From assembly GCA_032718475.1 (NCBI GenBank), contig JAUCBJ010007095.1:1-49463 (forward strand): 49,463 nt of DNA, given 5' to 3'. This stretch comes from Nemertoderma westbladi (Eukaryota; Animalia; Xenacoelomorpha). Numbering within the stretch: position 1 is the stretch's first letter; every line of letters begins with the position of its first letter. Shown here one piece after another: positions 1 to 11,100 of the stretch. A program made the position numbers and the translations under genes. The notes under the pieces were generated by a model that saw only the letters and a program-made list of their open reading frames with translations, did not search any database and was not told where the DNA came from.

Positions 1-1124
1 TCACTTCCCTCACTCCCACCCTCACTCCCACACTCACTTCCCTCACTTCCCTCACTTCCCTCACTTCCCTCACTTCCCTCACTTCCCTCACTTCCCACAC
101 CCTCACTTCCCTCACTTCCCTCACTCACTCCCTCACTTCCCTCACTTCCCTCACTTCCCTCACTTCCCTCACTTCCCTCACTTCCCTCACTTCCCTCACT
201 TCCCTCACTCCCCTCACTCACTCCCTCACTTCCCTCACTTCCCTCACTTCCCTCACTTCCCTCACTTCCCTCACTTCCCTCACTTCCCTCACTTCCCTCA
301 CTTCCCTCACTTCCCTCACTTCCCTCACTCACTCCCTCACTTCCCTCACTTCCCTCACTTCCCTCACTTCCCTCACTTCCCTCACTTCCCTCACTTCCCT
401 CACTTCCCTCACTCACTCCCTCACTCACTCCCTCACTTCCCTCACTTCCCTCACTTCCCTCACTTCCCTCACTTCCCTCACTTCCCTCACTTCCCTCACT
501 TCCCTCACTTCCCTCACTTCCCTCACTTCCCTCACTTCCCTCACTTCCCTCACTCTCTCCCTCACTTCCCTCACTTCCCTCACTTCCCTCACTTCCCTCA
601 CTTCCCTCACTCTCTCCCTCACTTCCCTCACTTCCCTCACTTCCCTCACTTCCCTCACTTCCCTCACTTCCCTCACTTCCCTCACTTCCCTCACTTCCCT
701 CACTTCCCTCACTCACTCCCTCACTTCCCTCACTTCCCTCACTTCCTTCACTCACTCCCTCACTTCCCTCACTTCCCTCACTTCCCTCACTTCCCTCACT
801 TCCCTCACTTCCCTCACTTCCCTCACTTCCCTCACTTCCCTCACTATGCCTCACTCACTCCCTCACTTCCCTCACTTCCCTCACTTCCCTCACTCACTCC
901 CTCACTGCCTCACTTCCCTCACTGCCTCACTTCCCTCACTGCCTCACTTCCCTCACTGCCTCACTTCCCTCACTTCCCTCACTTCCCTCACTTCCCCCAC
1001 TGCCTCACTTCCCTCACTTCCCTCACTGCCTCACTTCCCTCATTTCCCTCACTTCCCTCACTTCCCTCACTTCCCTCACTCACTCCCTCACTCACTCCCT
1101 CACTTCCCTCACTTCCCTCACTTC
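1..1124. repeat. 9-bp tandem array (CCCTCACTT)n / (AAGTGAGGG)n
   Basis: Directly visible; more than 100 units, with variants (CTCACTC, CTGCCTCA) concentrated toward 840-1124. The ORFs 425..712 and 846..1181 are by-products of the repeat. Confidence 0.97.
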
Positions 1125-1496
1125 TGTATACTAGCTTTGACTCTCCCAGCTATAGTGATAGTATGCAACCTTGGGAGTTAATGTGCGGTCTTACGAGTAA
1201 ATGTCAAGAGATTAGACTTCATGTTGCCTCCATTGATTCACTCTTCTTAACTTTATAAAATAACTCCACCCTTATTTAAAGTTTTAAAAATTATGACTTA
1301 GTCGACTAATTTTCCAAAATATATTATAAAAACATATAATTTCTTGAATAAATAGACCTAATAGTAATAAATATTGTTGGCAAATACATTTATAATACTA
1401 ATATAATAATTAGGGATAAATAATCCTAATACTAATATAAATGTTATGGATAAATAGTCCTAATACTATTATGAAAGGAACTCAAACAAACAAATG

Positions 1497-2465
1497 TCAA
1501 TAGCGTCGTCCTGCGCGAGCAAATACTGTACGAGAGTTTGATGTTATAGGTCTTCGAAAATAAGTAAAAGCTGGTTGATTTTCTTTAATTTCATCTTCCT
1601 CATTAACCAACTGTTTCTTAATTTCATTCAATTGTTCATTCATTTTCAGTAATTTACTTTTATTTCCCAGAACCTGTCTTAATATCTCTTCTCTATTTTC
1701 CTCATTTTCTTCCATTTGTTTAATAAATTTCCGTATTTGATTTTTGTTTCCTAATATTTGTCTCAATATCTCTTCTTTATTTTCATCATTCTCTTCTAAA
1801 TGTTTAATAATTTTCCGCAATTTATTCTTATTTCCAAGTAATTGTCTCAATATTTCCTTATTATTATCATTTTCATCATCTTCTTCACTTTCCTGACCTT
1901 CACTTTCTTCGTCCTCTTCATGACCTTCACTTTCTTCATCCTCTTTCTGACCTTCACTTTCGTCATCCTCTTCCCCGCCTTCACTTTCTTCATCGTCTTC
2001 CTGACCTTCGCTTTCTTCATTCTCTTCCTGACCTTCGCTATCTTCACCCTCTTCCTGACCTTCACTTTCTTCGTCATCTTCCTGACCTTCACTCACTTCG
2101 TTCTCAACCTCACTCTCTTCAACTTCATCCTGACCCTCACTATTTTCATTCTCCATCTCATCGTCCTCTTCTTCTTCACTTTCCTCACTCAAATTTTCAT
2201 CATTTTCTAGGGGTAACTGTTTTTGTATCCTTTTCAAAATATTCATAACTTTATGAAATTTATTTTCTGTTGTCTGTTTTATCTTTAATATATCACGCTC
2301 AACTCTCTTTTTCTTTTCATCTTCACTAAAAATATCTTCGGATTTTTTAAATTTCTTTGGTAATGGATCCATTAGTTTATCCTTTCTATGTCTTTCCATG
2401 TGACGAGATAGATTGTCTTGTCTCATTTCTTTATTACAAACCAAACATTTTTCATAACTAGGCAT
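1497..2465 (-). CDS. Intronless protein: N-terminal C2H2 zinc finger, Glu/Asp-rich 9-aa repeats (SEGQEDDEE), three ~27-aa coiled-coil repeats (EILRQxLGNK)
   Basis: 322-aa ATG ORF with CLVC...RHMERH finger, a KKFKK basic patch, and an upstream TATAAAAG on the minus strand at 2605-2612. Function unknown. Confidence 0.6.
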   Translation of the reverse strand: MPSYEKCLVCNKEMRQDNLSRHMERHRKDKLMDPLPKKFKKSEDIFSEDEKKKRVERDILKIKQTTENKFHKVMNILKRIQKQLPLENDENLSEESEEEEDDEMENENSEGQDEVEESEVENEVSEGQEDDEESEGQEEGEDSEGQEENEESEGQEDDEESEGGEEDDESEGQKEDEESEGHEEDEESEGQESEEDDENDNNKEILRQLLGNKNKLRKIIKHLEENDENKEEILRQILGNKNQIRKFIKQMEENEENREEILRQVLGNKSKLLKMNEQLNEIKKQLVNEEDEIKENQPAFTYFRRPITSNSRTVFARAGRRY

Positions 2466-2604
2466 TATATAGCAATGTCAATTGATATTATGAGTTTTCG
2501 ATAAATGATTTTACATAATTTTAAATAAATAAAACTTTTATGAAAATAAATAAAACTTTTAAAAATAAAAATTAGAGAATGAATGGGAATGCGGTGACTG
2601 GGGG

Positions 2605-2612
2605 CTTTTATA
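2605..2612 (-). promoter_or_regulatory. Candidate TATA box (TATAAAAG) for the 1497..2465 ORF
   Basis: Consensus TATA box followed by a GC-rich stretch, about 140 bp upstream of the ATG. Confidence 0.35.
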
Positions 2613-4357
2613 GAGGGAGGTTAGAATGGAGTTGTGAAAGAAGAATAATCTATTGCAAGAGCAGATGTTTATTATAATTTCTTGGACGAATTGATATAAT
2701 AACGAAGCTGTGGGTATGAATAATTTAAGCTCTGTGGCATGCCCCATTCACGCAGGCCCCATTCACGCATTGATGTTTGGGTTAGTCATGCTATAGTTAA
2801 TAAGAGCCCAAACAGCCACAGATTATTGAGGGATGACTCGGGGCTAAACTGGGCCGCACAGTGCCTATTGTATTGTATATTTCGTTTGTTATAGTACAAT
2901 TTATTCATCTCGCGTCCCCTATCTGATTGATTTGTATCAAATTAAATTGCCTTTGGCAACATTATTTGATACGAATCGATTGATTAAACAATTAATTAAT
3001 TGTTTAATCGACCAATTAATTAATTGGTTAATTAATTAATGACCTACTTAACACCCAAGGTGTGAAGTAGGACTAAACTGTCGCAGAAGTAGGGTAAACC
3101 ATTACTACTCTTGGATACTCAGCAACATAGCCACTAATATATAAAGTCTCCATCCTTTTCGATGGTAATTTTCATTTGAATGACTATTATTCATTGAACA
3201 TGGGGTTATGGGAGCCTCTTCATCTGACATCTTCTATACTGTGAGTATAAATATACGTACAGTGTATCACTTGTATATTATAATTATATGGTTTATAAAT
3301 AACTAATTAAACTAATTAAGGCTTTTTTCCTACATGGTGGGCAAATTGAACAAATTATGAATGAAGGCAAAAAAACAAGATAAATAATTTTCGCCACCCG
3401 AAATTATTTATCTTGCATTGAATCTTGCATCTACATTGAAAAAGTGGTTAAAAATATTCTATACCATGTTTACATTTAACTACAAATATAACTGATACGT
3501 ATAGATCTACTCCAGATATATAAGGGAAATAACATGCATGGTGATATAGCTAGTAGATGCCATAGTACTGTGGCATGGTAGGGCAAGCATCCAACCAAAA
3601 TCAATGAATATTAAATAAATATTTTAGCTTAAATTAATGGTTTTTGCTTAAATTTTCCATAAAATATTTCCATTTTAATGGCATACTAATTAATTCTAAT
3701 TATAAATTTGAAGAAATTTTAATTAAATTGACTGTAATAATGTTAGCTTATCCAATTCCGCTAACATGAACCCACAAAGTAAGCCGTTGAGCAATATTGG
3801 GAGCACGAGGTTGATTACCAATCAACCTCGTGTCACCCCAGTAAACGGGGACAATAGGCCCAAAGGAGACACACACAATAAGGGTCAGGGGCCAAACCCC
3901 TAACAGAGAGAGAACAACAGGGGCAACGGGAAACACACCAGGGAGGGTGAAAGGGCGAGAAGTGGGATATTAGCCAATGGGGGGACAGCATCGACTAGGT
4001 ACAGTAATATGGCCAACTGTGCAGTACATATATTACCTGTTGGTGCTTCCCTATTCAGTCAGTTTACTCAGTCAGATCAGTAGGGTGGAACGGTGACTTC
4101 TATCACCGTCCGCTACCGCCATCATACTTATCTACCGGTAACCGTGTCATACTATGCTATATATATCAACTATATTATACCTTATACATATAACCGAACA
4201 CCAGAACTCTTTTACCTTTCACACACGGCGGGGACGCGTAGATAGAAAACCCAACGGATAAACCGGGATCCGTAGATCCCGTCACAGTGATAGAATTAGA
4301 TCCACCCAGCTGCCCTGACAGTGATAGAATCCTAGCAGCTGCCCTAACAGTCTGACA

Positions 4358-5653
4358 GTGATAGAACTAGATCCAACCAACTGCCCTGACAGACTGTGGC
4401 TGCCAGCCACCAAAGAAGACAAGATGAGTAGAGGAGGAGAAGCAACACCGCCGCGGACCCCGGACGACGATCTAACGATCCGCGAGGCCACGGCGAGACG
4501 GCATCAACCCACGACGCCGGACCCATCGATAACGGGCCATCCGGCGATCCAAGATGAGGGGGGCCGTCTACAAAGAGAGGACGAGTCGGGAGTCGAAAGG
4601 GAGAAAGACGAGTCAACGCGGAGCGAGGGTCGACGTACCAATGTCGCCGGCCAGCCACAGGCCGAGGACGACGAACGGCCCACCGGAACGGCGACGGTGG
4701 GGCCGCCGGTACGACGTTGGACCCGGAGAGATGGAGGAGAGGTCGGCGACGAGGACGTCGGGGTTTCCGATCGACTTCGACGGGCCTACAACGCGACCCG
4801 GGAACTACTAAAGGAGGCCAAGGAGGGGGCGAGGATAGACGAGGTCAAGATGACAAAAGGACTAGGTGAGTCGAACAGATACTTTGATCACCTAGTGTGT
4901 TCTGGGCAGAGAGAACTAGCCGAGGAGAGAGCGAGGGGAGTTGCCAACGAACTGATTGAACTATGGGAGTGTAGGGGTATGGAACCTAGCGTAGTGTACG
5001 TAGGGCCATACTTAGTCGATGCCCGGGGAGTAAAATTAGTGGGTTGGAAGAGACCTGAGGAGGGCGAATCCGAGGTTAAACCCGAGGATTCGGTCTCATC
5101 GGTCGGAGGAAGTTCCGGGAGGCGGGGGAAAGTTAGTGGGACGGAGGGGCGTCGGGAGTCCGTCGCAACCGATAAGTCTGCTACATCCTCCGCAAAAGAA
5201 AGAAGGGTGCGGGAGATAAATCTGACGTATAAATTAGAAATGGCGGCGAATAAGCAGAATGGGTTAGAGAGACAATTGAGGGGTAAAACCGCATACTTAG
5301 AGAAGTTAGGAGAGTTGGCGAGGGAGTATAGAGAGAGAGCCGAGGAGTGTATAGGGCGGGAGATGAGAGTAGGGGACGAGCCGGCGATGTGGCTTGAGAT
5401 AATTGCGAGAGTTGAGTTGTTCGACCAGGGTAACCGAGAGTGTGAGATAGAGGCAGAGCGTGAGCGGGATGATTTGCGTGCCCAGCTAAGGGGGCTTGCG
5501 CAATATCAAGCCAAACTAAACCAGCGCCGATTAGAACTGGCGTGGCAGGAACTATCAGAGAGTGAGACCCCACTTACAAGCAGCGAGCGAGAGAACCAGA
5601 GCTGGTGTAGCCGTACGGGCGGGGGGGGGGGGGGGGTAATAATAGTACGTTAG
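4358..5653 (+). CDS. Gag-like coiled-coil ORF, probably from a degenerate or non-autonomous LTR retrotransposon
   Basis: GC-rich 431-aa ORF in AT-rich surroundings. The PEDSVS plus Ser-rich plus coiled-coil layout resembles the N-terminal part of BEL/Pao and Gypsy Gag. A G16 tract (possible PPT) lies at 5621-5636, and short tandem repeats and hairpins lie in the leader (3804-3832, 4264-4395). No matching LTR pair was found. Confidence 0.35.
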   Translation: MIELDPTNCPDRLWLPATKEDKMSRGGEATPPRTPDDDLTIREATARRHQPTTPDPSITGHPAIQDEGGRLQREDESGVEREKDESTRSEGRRTNVAGQPQAEDDERPTGTATVGPPVRRWTRRDGGEVGDEDVGVSDRLRRAYNATRELLKEAKEGARIDEVKMTKGLGESNRYFDHLVCSGQRELAEERARGVANELIELWECRGMEPSVVYVGPYLVDARGVKLVGWKRPEEGESEVKPEDSVSSVGGSSGRRGKVSGTEGRRESVATDKSATSSAKERRVREINLTYKLEMAANKQNGLERQLRGKTAYLEKLGELAREYRERAEECIGREMRVGDEPAMWLEIIARVELFDQGNRECEIEAERERDDLRAQLRGLAQYQAKLNQRRLELAWQELSESETPLTSSERENQSWCSRTGGGGGGVIIVR

Positions 5654-5692
5654 AAATAGTTAATATTAATAGTACCGTAGTAGATAACCCTA

Positions 5693-6177
5693 AGTAGTAG
5701 AAGAAGAGGGCCCCCCCGCGTACTCCTCCCTAGCCTGGGCTACGGGCTGCATCTCGGAGGGCTATTAAAAACGTGCTAAATCGCGATGTTTAATGACCAT
5801 CTGTCACCATCAATATTGATTCGTGTCGATGCCTTCAACCAATCATTGCCTATCGCCTACGCGTAGCCTAACCTCACGATGCCCGCCTTACTCGATAGCT
5901 GTTACCAACCGTGAGTATTGATTCGTGTTGTTGCATCAACCAACCATCGCATATTCATCTTCGTGTAACCTAACTTCACGAAGCATGGCTAGCCCCCACT
6001 ACGCTATTATATTATATATCGATTGCCAACTCACCACCGCTAGCCACGCACGGCTACTCCTCGACGGCTGTCGCCAAATCAATCCAACCAACCAAGCAGC
6101 CTCCTACCAGTCCAACGCTATGATACGTGAAATTCCGCCACGTTCCAGCTACACGTATACGAACATTTCCATAGTTA
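5693..6177 (+). repeat. Left terminal inverted repeat of the Polinton
   Basis: Reverse complement of 23957-24441, with about a dozen substitutions by eye. The terminus AGTAGTAG is the short repeat typical of protein-primed slide-back initiation. Confidence 0.97.
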
Positions 6178-6447
6178 CTCAACCTAACCTAACCAATCCC
6201 ACAGCATCTGTGCCATATTGAAAGGCTACCACCACCACCACCACTAACATTATACTGCGCGTTTTTATTATAATAATTATTGATTATTATTACACACAAC
6301 CCTATGATTCATATTCTTTCACGTATTTCCTATCCACGCAATCAACCAGCCAGCTATTCATCCACGTTGCTCCCCATCTCTTTTCTTATTCGTTGATGAT
6401 TATGACACGTACCATCTCTTCTTCGTTGACTATGCCACATCGCAAAT

Positions 6448-6461
6448 TTATATATATATAA
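6448..6461 (+). promoter_or_regulatory. Candidate TATA box of the first rightward transcription unit
   Basis: TTATATATATATAA followed 25-35 bp later by an initiator-like TCACTT (6485-6490). Similar TATATA(A) boxes precede other non-structural ORFs (~8003, ~13231, and ~23045 and ~23628 on the minus strand). Confidence 0.45.
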
Positions 6462-6502
6462 CTGAATGCTTTTAATAAAATTCATCACTTGTAATCTTCA
6501 TG

Positions 6503-6802
6503 GTAATATATTGATACCATATCTAATTTTTTGTTCTCACTCTGACATTGTGTTATTTCCTTAATAATTTATACATTATCTTACTCGTTGTATATTCGTT
6601 GGTCGGAAAACGACACCTCATAAAATGATACTGATTCCAGCATTGGGTATCGACCTAAAAACGAAAATCTGAGCTACGTGTCTCACCCGATTTTTGTTTT
6701 TGTGTCGATACCTAATGTCGAACTCAGCAACATTTTTCTTAGGCGTCGTCTTCCGACCAAACACAATTTTAGAGTGAGAACTATGGTGTCAATTTATTAC
6801 AG
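6503..6802 (+). ncRNA. Putative 5'-UTR intron that folds into a long hairpin (hpRNA/mirtron-like)
   Basis: Begins G|GTAATA and ends TTTATTACAG|. Arms 6503-6521/6782-6800, 6533-6554/6759-6781 and 6599-6673/6682-6760 are imperfect inverted repeats. Confidence 0.5.
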
Positions 6803-6857
6803 CGATACGGTTTAAAATTTATCACTTGTAATATTTTTCGTATTTATTATTATTATT

Positions 6858-7919
6858 ATGGCCTTAACGCAAAAAACCGGAGCAACAAATAGCTGGAAAT
6901 TTACTTACAATAAATATACTTGTACCGTCGTTCACAGCAAGTATTTTATTGTGGAATCTCAGGAGGACAACGAATCAATTTGTTTTTCCCATCAAGATAC
7001 CCGCTATTTGTTAGACATTCTAGAAACAACCAACAACCAACATCAATCCAGACCAGCAATTATACCAGGTAGGATATATCCCACTCTTCGTTTTGCGCGG
7101 GGAAATTTGAATATTTCCATCAACCCCACATCGGGTGATGTTTACGTTCAGAAACAAGGCAAATGTAAAGTTCTCAACAAAGCTTTTACTGAAGTTCTAA
7201 TTCAATACAGAGGGAAATTATTGCAATTTCTCTCTCCACCGCTAGAGATTATTAGCGATCAATTCTACATTGAATTATCAAATCCAGAGTTTATTGGATT
7301 TGTAACAGCTTTTAAAGGAACCAACTATGTTGGCTTATGGAAAATCAGCCTCAGATACACTGATAGTGTTGGTTTTAACTATTATACGGGTTTCAATTTG
7401 TCAAAACAGGAACTAACCGTTTTGTTGCGAGAGTGGGACAACCAAGTCGATGAAACAGACAAGCATCTTTTTGATAAAAATATCATTCAATTATCAGACC
7501 GTCTCAAAATGATTAAAACCAATAATAAAAAAATTATTATCACCAACACCGATAATTCTACTGAAGTAGGTGCCGGCGGAAATTCTATCGAGTTGCATTA
7601 CTTGAATGATAAAGCCCATATTAGTTTTCTCAAAGAATCGATGGATGGTGTTTCTCTTACTGAAGCCCATGTTGACGGTTTTGTCCTTTTGGATAAACCT
7701 AAAGCGTTCGTAGAGATCCCATCACCTAATCCAGATGTTGAAGAGAGTTGCTCTCAACCGCAACAGGTCTTTCCTGAAATATTACCTCGGAAGCCAAGAT
7801 CATCGAGTAAATTTACCAACGCATCACCTGCAAAGAAACAGAAAGTTGTCAGTAACCCAGTTCTAGTAGAGCCTGTTACTAATTCTCCATGGAAACCAGA
7901 TTATTATCCTAACATGTAA
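6858..7919 (+). CDS. Putative PC4/Sub1-like ssDNA-binding or co-activator protein (possibly several PC4-like repeats) with a basic C-terminal NLS
   Basis: FVTAFKGTNYVGLWK...TGFNLSKQELTVL resembles PC4 (VxxFKGKxxIDIRE...GISLxxEQWxxL). Similar beta-then-helix endings occur at SICFSHQD and DGVSLTEA. PAKKQK NLS-like motif. Confidence 0.55.
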   Translation: MALTQKTGATNSWKFTYNKYTCTVVHSKYFIVESQEDNESICFSHQDTRYLLDILETTNNQHQSRPAIIPGRIYPTLRFARGNLNISINPTSGDVYVQKQGKCKVLNKAFTEVLIQYRGKLLQFLSPPLEIISDQFYIELSNPEFIGFVTAFKGTNYVGLWKISLRYTDSVGFNYYTGFNLSKQELTVLLREWDNQVDETDKHLFDKNIIQLSDRLKMIKTNNKKIIITNTDNSTEVGAGGNSIELHYLNDKAHISFLKESMDGVSLTEAHVDGFVLLDKPKAFVEIPSPNPDVEESCSQPQQVFPEILPRKPRSSSKFTNASPAKKQKVVSNPVLVEPVTNSPWKPDYYPNM

Positions 7920-8108
7920 GCCTAATCATAAGTTAAACTCTTTGCGGTTTCCAATAGTCATAAGCGATTGGTGATTGGTTTAAAATTATTTCCCTCGCTA
8001 GCATATAAATGTTTAGATGTAGTCAATATCATATCATTTCATTTTATTTTAATCTTTGGAGATATTTTATTATTATTATTATTATTATTTATCTAAACAA
8101 ACTTCAAC

Positions 8109-11100
8109 ATGGATAAAATAACAATATGTTGTTCATTCTGTCATATGAATGTAACTAGACATAATTATTTACGCCACCTACGGTCACATTTTGAAAGTTA
8201 TTCTTGTTTAAAGTGTCATGTCGTGACTTCATGCAGCGAAATTTGTAAACGACATGAAACGACTACTGGTTGTAAAGAAATGGAGTTCCGCACCTATCAA
8301 TTGACTTGTTCTACCTGTAATAAAGAGTATACATATGACAATTATTTACGACACGATTGTCACTTGAAATGTTACTACACAAGAAAGCGTAAATTTCCGC
8401 AACATAAAAATATAATATCTAGAAAAAACTTAAGGGTGGCTCTTGGTACATGCGCAACAATTTTTACGCGGGAACAAGAAGCTCACGATAATCGTCTTGA
8501 AATTTATGTCCACGACCTCCCAACTTCTAGAGATTATCCCGATGTAGAAACAGCAGTAACGCAAATTCGAGGTAATATTCTTCAGTTAATATTAGATAGA
8601 TTGAAAGAAATGAATGTTCTTAGACTGTGGTTAGGTCTAAATGTATTAATGTACAGGTCACATTTTTCAGAAGGTGAGCAATTGGAAACCTTTTATTTTA
8701 ATTCTTCCGGTGGTGCTATTAATACTGTAGATTCGCCGCAAAGTTTTGACACATGGTTTGAGCATGTGCTGGGGAATATATTACAAAAAATAGCCATCTT
8801 TAACACACGTGGTTCTGGGTGGCGTATTAAATCTTTATTAAGGGTTGAAATTAAATTAGCTGAATCTAAGTGTAGGTCGTTACTATATAAGGGGCACGGT
8901 TATATGGAGTTACCTAAGGCTCTAGCGTGTAAACGATGTGTTATAAATGTACAATCGGCTGATAATGACTGTTTTAAATGGGCAATTATATCTGCAAAAT
9001 TTAGTAGCAAAGTGAAAAACAACAAACAGCATACTTCATCGTACAAAAATTATATGACTCATTTCATTTTTGACAACGGGAACAAAGATTATCCAACAGA
9101 GTGGCAGTTAGCAATTAAACTTTTTGAAAAACAAAATTCAAAATATATAATTAATTTACTATGTTGGAATAACGACAACAAACGCACCCCGGTATCTATA
9201 TTAAGACAACCTCCGTTTAGTAAAATTACACCTGATAAACAGTTATTAAATATATTACTTGTAGTAAAAAATAACAATGTACCTAAACTGAATCATTATG
9301 TTTGCATAACTAACTTGAATCGATTGCTGAATACGAGAGCACTTCATATCAGGAATAGGAAATATTGCGAAAGGTGTTTGACTCATTTTTTTCGAGCGGA
9401 AGTTCTTCATCGACACCGTCTCGCCTGCTACCAAGGAAGAAGTCAGCGCGAGAAACTACCTAATAAAAAAAGAACACACATTAGTTTTACAAATTTAGAT
9501 AGAACCTTATCCCCATTGTTTGTCACCTACTTTGATATAGAATGTATCTTACAACCGTCAGTTAATAATCAAATTATACAGGAGCATATACCGTGTGCAG
9601 TGAGTTATTTAATTGTTCCCAATACTGAATTAATTGATGCTCCAAAATGTCATTTGAAAACATTCGTAAAGTCAAATAATAATAATTGTATTCAAGATTT
9701 CTTAGATTCATTATATACTGATTTAACTGAATTATGTTGTTGGTCAGAAATATACACACATAAAACTATGTCATTTACTAATATTGATTTTGTAAATTTT
9801 GAACAAGCAAAATTTTGTTTTTATTGTAATGTTACTTTAAATAATAATGTTGGGAAAAACAGACACCATTCACATATTACAGGTAAATATATTGCGGCAG
9901 CCTGTAATAGTTGTAACCGAAGTTTATCATTGAAACGATACCTGTATGTACTTTGCGGGCACAATTCCAACAACTACGATATACATTGTATATTACAAAG
10001 CGGATTTAGAGATAAGAAATACACAGATTGGGATATAAAGGTTATACCGAGAAATACAGAACGATATATTTCACTGAGTGCCTTTATCCCAATTAAAAAC
10101 ACTTCTAAGAAAATTGAGTTACGTTTCTTAGACACATATCAATTTTTAAGCTTTTCTTTAAGTAATTTAGTTGAGTGTTCAACAAAGGATGTAGCCAGTC
10201 ATGATATAAGCTCAATTTTACCTATTACTCTACAAGAAATGAAATATTTTTATCCAAACTTGAATAACTCAACGATTAAACGGAAAGGAGTATTTCCATA
10301 CGAGTACTTGACAGATATAAATAAATTTAATGATACTGGTTTGCCGTCTATAAATAATTTTTTTAGTAACTTAAGTCAAAAAACATGCACAATTGAAGAT
10401 TATAGGTTTGCGGGAATATCATGGGTAGAATTCGACTGTGTGAATCTCAAAGATTATCTTTTAGCCTATTTAAAACTCGATGTTTGTTTGCTTGCCGATA
10501 TATTTGAGAATTTTAGGAATGTTTGTAAACAAAATTACGATTTAGAAGCGGTTTTTTACTGTAGTATCGCGTCATTTACCTATGATTGCGCGCTAAAATA
10601 TAATAAATGTAAAATAGAATTAATAAAGGATTATCAGACATATAGAGATTTTGAAAAATCAATTAGGGGTGGTGTTTCATTTTGTCGAAAGCATTATATA
10701 GAATCAAATATACCTGGAACAAGTACATATGATTCTACTAAGGAAGAATGCCATATTTTTAATATTGATTTCAACTCTTTATATTCTGGGAATTTAAGTA
10801 AAAAACTACCCACCTCGCAATTCAAAGAAGTAAGTATTAAACATTTAGAGAATGCAATTCCAGAAAAACTAATCGAGTATTTGGTAGATTTAGACATTGA
10901 TGGATCTACTGGATATTTTTTAATATGTGATTTAAATTATCCCAAGGCTATTCACGATCAAACATTACAATTACCGTTAGCCCCTGAGCATTTAAGTATA
11001 AATGAAACAATGCTTTCGCCTTATATGCAGGAACAATTTAATAATTTATCGATACAAAGAGGTACCTCCCGTAAATATAGGATGTCTACACCAAAACTCT

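Noticed and set aside
425-1181. ORFs (REV)n and (PHF)n
   Set aside because: Translations of the 9-bp tandem array, which lacks stop codons.
2975-3416. AT-rich palindromes (2990-3030, 3376-3415)
   Set aside because: Low complexity or isolated; no TSD or associated structure to support a call.
3733-5692. Complete LTR pair around the 4358..5653 ORF
   Set aside because: Only GTAATAAT is shared between 3734 and the sequence after the G-tract; no convincing LTR, PBS or TSD.
5925-6221. ORF in the left TIR and its mirror 23904..24209
   Set aside because: Non-ATG starts, no recognisable motifs, and the two copies diverge at the TIR boundary; they exist twice only because of the TIR.
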